13,576 bases of DNA from positions 1 to 13,576 of the IMG/VR virus record IMGVR_UViG_3300045988_080276. The stretch is one strand, 5' to 3'. Made by a program: the position numbers and the translations under genes. Positions within the stretch are counted from its first letter, which is position 1, and every line of letters begins with the position of its first letter. The notes beneath the pieces are model-generated. The model was not told the origin of the DNA. It was given only the letters and a program-made list of their open reading frames with translations, and searched no databases. The stretch is from a virus. This document shows, one piece after another, positions 7,271 through 13,437 of this stretch.

Positions 7271-7299
7271 AATATATAATTTTTAAAATAGTTTGTCAA
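7271..7299 (-). promoter_or_regulatory. Near-consensus promoter for the structural (late) gene block
   Basis: On the minus strand the -35 is TTGACA (7299->7294), the spacer is 17 bp, and the -10 is TATATT (7276->7271). The -35 lies in the last codons of the ATPase gene. The predicted TSS is at about 7266-7263. Confidence 0.6.
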
Positions 7300-8329
7300 T
7301 ATAGAATTTTACAGAAATATTCTGGTAGCTGATTCTATTTGTCAGACGATAGCTGTCAATCCAGCTATAAAAGCACCGGAATTGGTCTTTTCCATGCTGG
7401 CTGTCTTCAAATACATCCTTGCAGGATCCGGAAATATGATCAGAAACATACAAGTGTGCTTTTGATTTATGCTCATAAATTGCAACTTTTCCGATCACAC
7501 AAATAAGCTTGTATTGACGGATATCTTCTGATCGGATCGCTGATATATCATCATATGCAAAATCGTTTGACAATGCCATCTTTTCAAAGTCTGTATCTCC
7601 AGATAAAGCACGATACAAAGCGGTATCTTTTTTCTTTTCCGATATTGGGGAATTATTAATCAGAATCAAGATGATTCCTCTCTCTTTTAACATGGAAAAC
7701 TCCTGCTTATTCTTTTTCATTCGTTCCAAGATCGGAAGCAACCCGAAAGCCTGCACAATTGGATTATCCAACGTGTTTGAGTTGGAAGCAAGCCACCATC
7801 GGAACGGTTTCTTTCCTTGTAGCTCCCTGTTTGCGGATATTGTTTCAACAGCATTCAGAAAAGCATCATCTTCCCCACTGATTGACTTGGCAATCTTTTC
7901 CGGGATAAACTCATCATAAATTCCCTCAGAGAAATCAGATCCAGAGAAACCACGGTTATTATGCATGGATGTAAGACAAAAAGCTTCACCCCGGTATACT
8001 TCTTCATCCTCTGTTTGCTCCATGATCTTAATGCGTCCGTATTCCCCTCTTGGTTTTTCAAAATGAAAAAACCTATTCATGTCCTTGTTTATGTCAATCC
8101 ATGGATCAAATTCCGGAAGAAAGACTTTTGTCAGCTGTTCTTTTGTCCGGCGCATGTAAATGATCTTCTCATTTTTCGAAAATACATCATTGATAAAGTG
8201 TTGGAAAATACCATATGTTTTTCCGGTTCGTCTGGCTCCAATAATGAATATGAAATTAATTTTATTTTTATCAGCCAGCTGGACGATCCTTGGAACATCC
8301 AGCCAACCATTTCTATCATAGATATTCAT
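7283..8329 (-). CDS. DNA encapsidation (packaging) ATPase, phi29 gp16-like, 348 aa from ATG 8329
   Basis: Walker A is FIFIIGARRTGKTYG (gp16: FVIGARGIGKSYA). IIYMRRTKEQLTKV matches gp16 FIYVRRYKPELAKV. Walker B is IYDEFIPEK (gp16: VFDEFIREK). The ORF track starts at 8377, but ATG 8329 forms TAATG with the upstream stop codon and has GGAGGTG ~10 nt upstream. Confidence 0.9.
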   Translation of the reverse strand: MNIYDRNGWLDVPRIVQLADKNKINFIFIIGARRTGKTYGIFQHFINDVFSKNEKIIYMRRTKEQLTKVFLPEFDPWIDINKDMNRFFHFEKPRGEYGRIKIMEQTEDEEVYRGEAFCLTSMHNNRGFSGSDFSEGIYDEFIPEKIAKSISGEDDAFLNAVETISANRELQGKKPFRWWLASNSNTLDNPIVQAFGLLPILERMKKNKQEFSMLKERGIILILINNSPISEKKKDTALYRALSGDTDFEKMALSNDFAYDDISAIRSEDIRQYKLICVIGKVAIYEHKSKAHLYVSDHISGSCKDVFEDSQHGKDQFRCFYSWIDSYRLTNRISYQNISVKFYIDKLF

Positions 8330-8628
8330 TACCGAAATCCACCTCCAGAGGATGCAGGCTCCGAATTCTGATTGCACTCATTGTATTTTTTGATGCAAGC
8401 ATCCTGCAATAATTTTTTCCATTCTTTATCAAGAGAATAAACAGAATTATAATACTTCCCGTCTTTCCCCTTTGTGCTTGGGAATGACAGGAAAAGACCA
8501 TCTTTTCCCTCAACCAACGTAAGAGCTTTGATAACCAATGTGTCATCCAGAGAAAGATCAACAAAGGCTTTTGTTTTTGAATTCCCATTATAAGGTTTGC
8601 AAGTAATTTTTACGTTTGATTTTAACAT
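8329..8628 (-). CDS. SpoVG-like nucleic-acid-binding protein, 99 aa
   Basis: KAFVDLSLDDTLVIKALTLVEGKDGLFLSFPSTKGKDGKYY aligns by eye with B. subtilis SpoVG [41 protein letters not shown] (from memory). The SD is AAGGAG. Translation appears coupled to the ATPase gene. Confidence 0.7.
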   Translation of the reverse strand: MLKSNVKITCKPYNGNSKTKAFVDLSLDDTLVIKALTLVEGKDGLFLSFPSTKGKDGKYYNSVYSLDKEWKKLLQDACIKKYNECNQNSEPASSGGGFR

Positions 8629-8629
8629 C

Positions 8630-8767
8630 TTATTTTGTCTCCTTTACATCAATTCTAATGATTTTTCCTACTTTATAAGCTACGATACTGATCTCATCAT
8701 CCTCATAGGTTACTTTTCGCAGGGTGCTTGTTTTCATAGTTTCATAGATTTCTGACATATCAATCAA
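8630..8767 (-). CDS. Mini-protein, 45 aa from TTG 8767 or 42 aa from ATG 8758; hypothetical
   Basis: This is the distal part of the ORF-track 81-aa ORF. A strong SD, AAAGGAGGTGAGG (8786->8774), sits 6-7 nt before an in-frame TTG and 15 nt before the ATG. The sequence is MSEIYETMKTSTLRKVTYEDDEISIVAYKVGKIIRIDVKETK. Confidence 0.45.
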   Translation of the reverse strand: MIDMSEIYETMKTSTLRKVTYEDDEISIVAYKVGKIIRIDVKETK

Positions 8768-8789
8768 TTTCCTCACCTCCTTTACTGAT

Positions 8790-8903
8790 TTAATCACCCA
8801 GCAGTAACAACAATTGACAGCTTGCAAACATGAAACCAAAAGCAATGCATGTCCAGAAAAACGTTTCAATGTCATCTTTGTTTTCTCTCCAAAATTTTTT
8901 CAT
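8790..8903 (-). CDS. 37-aa single-pass membrane mini-protein (absent from the ORF track)
   Basis: I translated it by hand as MKKFWRENKDDIETFFWTCIAFGFMFASCQLLLLLGD, followed by a stop. The SD is GGAGGTG, 5 nt before the ATG (8903). The hydrophobic stretch is 23 aa. It is the first ORF after the AT-rich intergenic region downstream of the polymerase gene. Confidence 0.5.
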   Translation of the reverse strand: MKKFWRENKDDIETFFWTCIAFGFMFASCQLLLLLGD

Positions 8904-8917
8904 AGTTACACCTCCTG

Positions 8918-8964
8918 ATTATAATTTAATATATTTATGTTACAAAACTATTACAATTTTACAA
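8918..8964 (-). promoter_or_regulatory. Candidate tandem promoters in the AT-rich intergenic region
   Basis: On the minus strand, TTGTAA (8956->8951), 17 bp, TATATT (8933->8928) forms one candidate. TTGTAA (8945->8940), 16 bp, TATAAT (8923->8918) forms a second. A third TTGTAA lies at 8964->8959. The second candidate would place the TSS inside the SD. Confidence 0.35.
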
Positions 8965-8968
8965 CAAT

Positions 8969-11092
8969 TTATCCGTATACGGTATCTTCAATCTCAAATG
9001 GTAATGGTAATCCGGTTTCCTTGTCATATGGTATTGTATGATCCAACTCGTATTCTGTATCGCTCAAGCGGATGGCACATCCATATTCAATCTTGCAACC
9101 GTCAATGATTACCTCATTTATTCCATCATGAAATATATATTCTGTCTTCATTTTCCACTTGGGATCCTGCCAATCATTCGATCTTCTGTAGTTCCTGCGG
9201 AATGTCAAGTCATTTCTGAAAATAAATCCTTTTCTAAAATTGGTTATATCATCGTTAAGGCAATAAATCCCCTCTTTTGGCACACCTGCGACTGTCAGAT
9301 GCAAGGATGCATCCTTTTTCAATCGGTAACAATAACGCTTGCTACCCATCGTTTTAAATTCACTGTATATCCCATCAAATTCAGCAATACCCAGTCGGAA
9401 TGTTTTAGAATTATACTCAACTACTCCGATGTTTCTTTTTTGTGACATTTCAATGATGGATCGATTAAATGAATCCAGTTTATCGTGATCCCAGTCTGTG
9501 CCCTTTACTGAATCTGTGTCTGAATATAACCAGTTCCGGCAACAGGAACCCAGCAGGAACAGATAAGCTTGTGCATACGCTGTGATCCATACCCCCCACT
9601 GGTAGGGCATGAAGCTGTTCTTGTTCCGATAGAACTTTTCAAGCTCTTTTTCCCTGTCCTCTGGTTCTTTTGATTCCCAGTCTCCGGAATCCATAAGCTC
9701 TGTACATAACATCTGAATAATTCTTTGAACTGTCATTCCGTACATACCATTTAATTCGCCTTTTGATATCATGTAGTTTTCTTCGTCCAAGCCTTTAAGG
9801 GTGCATTTTTTAAAAAACAATTCCATCAAATATCCGGTAAACCACTCCGGCAAGTAATCTTTTGTTGCCCTCATGACTTTTGACACATCGGCCCAGTCAT
9901 AGTCATAACTTGAAAGGATGACTTCTAAATCCGGATCCGTAAATGGATATATGACAAGATCAGCGTTGACGATCTTTCCATTATCCAGATTATCGTGGAA
10001 CTGTTCTTTTTTACTTTTTGCTTCCGGAAAAACACATACTTTCGCTTTTGAAAAAGCAAGTGGAGGCATAGGACAGTCTTTTTTTAGTCTCAGATTCTTT
10101 AATCTGATATATCCGGAAAAAGCATAGTCATCTTTCAATTCCATAATGTCTTTTAATGTTATATTGTTAGTATAACAAAATTTTGACATTGGAAACTTGC
10201 AATAGCACATCCATGCTATATAGGAACTTGTGAAATCGTAGCACTCAACAGGATCTTTTATCAGTTGGTTGACATAGTACCTATTGGCATGAGTATAACC
10301 ACCGTGATAGCAGTCAAGCATCTGGTCATACTGCTCCAACGTCAGAGCCATTTGTTCAAATTGCTTTCGCCATTTCTTGTCTTTTCTCGCTCGCCTGCGG
10401 GAATTGGCACGGATAAAACCTGTATTTGTCAACGGGCAGTTAGCCACGTTAAATCCTCTTTGGTTTATGTATTTGCGTAATGCCTTGCATAGACTGATTG
10501 TATCCGTACATACATATGCTATTTCTTTTGCTGTACGTGGGCTTTCCGGTGTTCGAAATTTCTTATAGTCCCATGTTCCAACTGCTTTCTCAGTTGTTCC
10601 CATGTCTTTGCAAAGTTTCTCAAGTGATCGTTGTGTGAGTATTAGACTATCACGGAATTCAATTCCCTGCGATGTCCATTTCATAAAAATATATTTATGG
10701 GTTTTAGCAGATAAAGACTTATCAGGATAGCCCCATTTTTGGAAAAAATGATTACGGAGAAAAACATAGTCATAAGGGAAATTGTGCACATAAAAGCGTA
10801 CAAGATGACTATCATCACTATGAAGAGTTGTACAGATCCTATCAATCGTATCAATCAGATCGGAAACATGATTACCGTAAATACAGCAATCATCCTCTAT
10901 AGTGATTGTCCAATCCGTGACAAAACCAATATCTTTGTTCATGTAAACAAATGTCTCTGTGTCTATAGTTATGATTTTTTCATAAACACCAAGATAATGT
11001 CCTGCATTGGACCTCCGGATAAAATCACCATCGAAAAGGCGCATATAATCATAATTTTTAAAATAAATAACCGGATATCCTGCGACTACCAT
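8969..11092 (-). CDS. Protein-primed family-B DNA polymerase, 707 aa
   Basis: The motifs are Exo I ITIDTETF, Exo II YVHNFPYDYVF, Exo III AYVCTDTISL, motif A YDFTSSYIAWM, motif B KGELNGMYGM, motif C LYSDTDS and KxY GSKRYCY. The SD is GGAGGG. Confidence 0.95.
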   Translation of the reverse strand: MVVAGYPVIYFKNYDYMRLFDGDFIRRSNAGHYLGVYEKIITIDTETFVYMNKDIGFVTDWTITIEDDCCIYGNHVSDLIDTIDRICTTLHSDDSHLVRFYVHNFPYDYVFLRNHFFQKWGYPDKSLSAKTHKYIFMKWTSQGIEFRDSLILTQRSLEKLCKDMGTTEKAVGTWDYKKFRTPESPRTAKEIAYVCTDTISLCKALRKYINQRGFNVANCPLTNTGFIRANSRRRARKDKKWRKQFEQMALTLEQYDQMLDCYHGGYTHANRYYVNQLIKDPVECYDFTSSYIAWMCYCKFPMSKFCYTNNITLKDIMELKDDYAFSGYIRLKNLRLKKDCPMPPLAFSKAKVCVFPEAKSKKEQFHDNLDNGKIVNADLVIYPFTDPDLEVILSSYDYDWADVSKVMRATKDYLPEWFTGYLMELFFKKCTLKGLDEENYMISKGELNGMYGMTVQRIIQMLCTELMDSGDWESKEPEDREKELEKFYRNKNSFMPYQWGVWITAYAQAYLFLLGSCCRNWLYSDTDSVKGTDWDHDKLDSFNRSIIEMSQKRNIGVVEYNSKTFRLGIAEFDGIYSEFKTMGSKRYCYRLKKDASLHLTVAGVPKEGIYCLNDDITNFRKGFIFRNDLTFRRNYRRSNDWQDPKWKMKTEYIFHDGINEVIIDGCKIEYGCAIRLSDTEYELDHTIPYDKETGLPLPFEIEDTVYG

Positions 11093-11107
11093 TACTTTCC
11101 CTCCATA

Positions 11108-11725
11108 CTATGGCCTGTATTTCAAAGCTTCCGCTTCACCTGAGAACCCCAACTGTTTTGCTATCGTGTCAGCCATATCTGGATCAGTTCTCCCCCGGAA
11201 TTTTTCCAAATCTTTTATAATTTCAGAAACAGTAGAATCATCCAATTTATGACTGATGATTCTCAAAGCTTGCTTGCTGTCATAGAAATTCTGAATCCGT
11301 TTCCAGACCTCAGATTTGAAAAAAAGTTTCATTTCTGTTTCTGACTTAAAGATAATTCCATAGCTTTCGAGCTTCTTTCGACGATTATCTATAATCTTCC
11401 TCCAACCCTGCACAGTGCTGCTTTTTTCTTTCAGTATTTTTTGTATTGCTTTGACCTGGGTTCTAGGCAATCCTTTATATTTTTCATTTTCCAGATTTTC
11501 CGGAATAGTGGATCGCCCTGGAAAAAATCTTGCAAGCAGATCTTGATAATCTGCGTACGCTCCTCCAACCTCTGAGTCAAACCCTTTTGCCTTTAACCTG
11601 CGCATACGCTGATTCAAACGTTTTGCAAGCTGTCTGCGGAGTTGCAAAGCTTCCATCGTTGTTAGCATGTTCGGGTTGACATTCAGACCCTTTGACGTGG
11701 TTGGGATTTTAGGATTCTTCGGCAT
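11108..11725 (-). CDS. Candidate terminal protein (by position), 205 aa
   Basis: It lies immediately upstream of the polymerase gene and is co-oriented with it, matching the phi29 gene 3-gene 2 order. The N-terminus is basic (QLRRQLAKRLNQRMRRLKAKG). The SD is AAGGGGGTG. I see no direct sequence similarity to any known terminal protein. Confidence 0.45.
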   Translation of the reverse strand: MPKNPKIPTTSKGLNVNPNMLTTMEALQLRRQLAKRLNQRMRRLKAKGFDSEVGGAYADYQDLLARFFPGRSTIPENLENEKYKGLPRTQVKAIQKILKEKSSTVQGWRKIIDNRRKKLESYGIIFKSETEMKLFFKSEVWKRIQNFYDSKQALRIISHKLDDSTVSEIIKDLEKFRGRTDPDMADTIAKQLGFSGEAEALKYRP

Positions 11726-12083
11726 TGTTAAGCACCCCCTTCATATATTCATATAGTTCATAAAAATCTCTAGTATTAATACAATAATCTAATTCTGGTT
11801 TTTTAATGATCAAATAGAGATTTTCGCAAATCACTCTTGCATCATTGATTGTATCATACACAAAAAATGAAGCACTAAAATTATCTTTCATAACACCTAT
11901 TACAGACTGTGCACGTGTGTACATTCTCTTGCGTGAGATCCGCTTTATAGTAACCTTTATTTCTGGATATTTTAATTCTATCATATCCGACCTGTCAAGA
12001 TTTGGTCTGGATTTAATAAGAGTTACAACCGGGGCTTTTACCCCGGTATTGGTATATTTGATTTTTGTGTATTTTGATTTCAT
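11709..12083 (-). CDS. Hypothetical early protein, 124 aa
   Basis: It is the first gene of the leftward array. The SD is AAGGAGG, 8 nt before the ATG. It overlaps the next gene by 17 nt. The N-terminus is basic. I recognise no family. Confidence 0.6.
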   Translation of the reverse strand: MKSKYTKIKYTNTGVKAPVVTLIKSRPNLDRSDMIELKYPEIKVTIKRISRKRMYTRAQSVIGVMKDNFSASFFVYDTINDARVICENLYLIIKKPELDYCINTRDFYELYEYMKGVLNNAEES

Positions 12084-12148
12084 TTACTATTCCTCCTTTA
12101 CAATCAATATTTAAGATTACAATAATCCATGACTTTTTGAAACCCTAA

Positions 12149-13102
12149 ACCATCATCATCGGTGACAGTTATACCGTTGGGTATACACCGGATGGCAATG
12201 TAACTCCATGGACAACTAACTTTATTAAGTACACAGGACTTGAGGATGTCACAATATCTGCAAATGGTGGGGCATCTTTCTCAACAAGTACTAATTCATT
12301 TCTTATGTTGTTAAACGCTGTACCAGCTTCTGCGGATGTAAAACAGGTCCTTGTCGTAGGTGGATTTAATGAGTTTGGAAGCTACTCAGAAATTGAAAAC
12401 GGAATCAACGCTTTTATGGGAGCAGCAGAAGCAAGATTTCCGAATGCCAAAGTGTTTTCTGCCATGGTAGCATGGTCAGTTGATCGGACAGATGATCCAA
12501 ATGTACAGAATAGGCTCAAGACTGCGAAGAGTGTGTATAACATACAGCGGAAGAATTGGCGGTATTTGACAGGAAGCGATTATATTCTTCATGCAGATGG
12601 TTTTCTTGCTTCTGATGGATTTCACCCAAACACAACAGGGCAGGAACGGCTTGCAGCCTATCTTGCTACAGCTGTAGAAACAGGATCGTGTAGTCCATCA
12701 TTTTATGATGTTATTGCAAATTTTGAAGCAGGTGACTTTGCACCAACTCTTGGATCAAGTTGGACATTTGTTAGTTCGTATAATGAGAATACGAGTACTC
12801 TGATATGGGGTAACTATGTTTGTCTCCCAAACAGCGGAACACTTGTCTGTGATGGCACGGAATACCGTTTGGGACGGATTTTCTCAACGTCTTTTATTGG
12901 AGATCATAACGGATACACATGCTATCCAACAACTGTGATCGTTAAGTCCGGAAGTAATTTCTATCACATCCCTGCACAGCTTAACTTCCGAGGAAGGCAT
13001 ATCTATTTAGCCCTGTATGATATTTCAGACGATAAGCACTACTACCGGACTTTGACAGAAGTAACACAGGTACAAATTCATAGAGGTTCAATCACAATGT
13101 AA
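12149..13102 (+). pseudogene. 5'-truncated duplicate of the SGNH tail-fibre gene (codons 102-418) inside the right ITR
   Basis: It is identical to the left copy from codon 102 onward. TAA at 12146-12148 replaces the AAA of codon 101. The first in-frame ATG is at 12305 (the ORF-track 265-aa ORF). That ATG has no SD, and the product would lack the GDS block I and block II. Confidence 0.7.
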
Positions 13103-13113
13103 TAATAGAGATG

Positions 13114-13131
13114 GCCCAGCGGATGCTGGGC
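13114..13131. terminator. Right-ITR copy of the hairpin terminator
   Basis: It mirrors 446-463. For leftward transcription from the right-end promoter, it presents the side with the poor U-tract. Confidence 0.6.
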
Positions 13132-13139
13132 TATTGTTT

Positions 13140-13376
13140 TTACTCTTCAAATAGAAATTCATCTAAAATATCTCTCTTGACATCAACTATAGTGTTAAAA
13201 GTACGAGTGTACTCAGCACCTGTACAGAGTACCTTGTAAGAAACATCATACTTATATTTATCTAATCGGTTCACATACACTTCAACAACTCCAGCTAATG
13301 ACTCAAAAGCACTCCAGCAATATCCCTCATCATTTGCCCTTTCCAACAACTCATTAAGGTTTTCTAAGCTATTCAT
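13140..13376 (-). CDS. Small acidic hypothetical protein encoded in the ITR, right copy
   Basis: It is identical to 201..437 (ORF track 13140..13397). Here it is co-oriented with the whole gene array. Confidence 0.65.
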   Translation of the reverse strand: MNSLENLNELLERANDEGYCWSAFESLAGVVEVYVNRLDKYKYDVSYKVLCTGAEYTRTFNTIVDVKRDILDEFLFEE

Positions 13377-13408
13377 ATCTTGTTTCCTCTCTTTCATTTG
13401 ATAAGTCT

Positions 13409-13437
13409 ACTATAGTCCAATTGAACTAATATGTCAA
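13409..13437 (-). promoter_or_regulatory. Right-ITR copy of the near-consensus promoter, firing leftward
   Basis: It mirrors 140-168: TTGACA, 17 bp, TATAGT on the minus strand. Confidence 0.7.

Noticed and set aside
8330-8377. ATPase start at 8377 (MQSEFGACILWRWISV...), as given by the ORF track.
   Set aside because: That start would overlap the SpoVG-like gene by 49 nt and has no SD. ATG 8329 forms a TAATG stop/start overlap and has GGAGGTG upstream. The gp16-like similarity begins after this Met.
1878-8588. Minus-strand ORFs nested in other frames: 1878..2081, 3133..3321, 7855..8061, 8131..8319 and 8316..8588.
   Set aside because: They are fully contained in, or heavily overlap, confidently assigned genes (collar, portal, ATPase, SpoVG-like) in alternative frames. 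They have no SD sites.
10269-10299. Plus-strand TTGACA (10269-10274) followed by TATAAC (10294-10299), inside the polymerase gene.
   Set aside because: The spacer is 19 bp, which is too long. The orientation is antisense to the polymerase gene, and there is no ORF downstream.
1867-11143. Many plus-strand ORFs in the track: 1867..2199, 5169..5480, 5585..5785, 5853..6059, 6555..6785, 7671..7919, 7961..8371, 8830..9108, 9038..9445, 9918..10127, 10265..10480, 10377..10568, 10739..11143 and 11845..12114.
   Set aside because: Each lies antisense to a longer minus-strand gene that has recognisable motifs and a strong SD. They have no SD, their composition is low-complexity or Cys/Phe/Ile-rich as is typical of shadow frames, and no promoter faces them.
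12305-13102. The 265-aa plus-strand ORF as a functional second tail-fibre or receptor-binding gene.
   Set aside because: It has no SD before ATG 12305 and no convincing plus-strand promoter; the best is TTTACA-15-TACAAT. It lacks SGNH blocks I and II and the N-terminal anchor. I therefore annotated it as a truncated duplicate, although low-level expression of a C-terminal fragment cannot be excluded.
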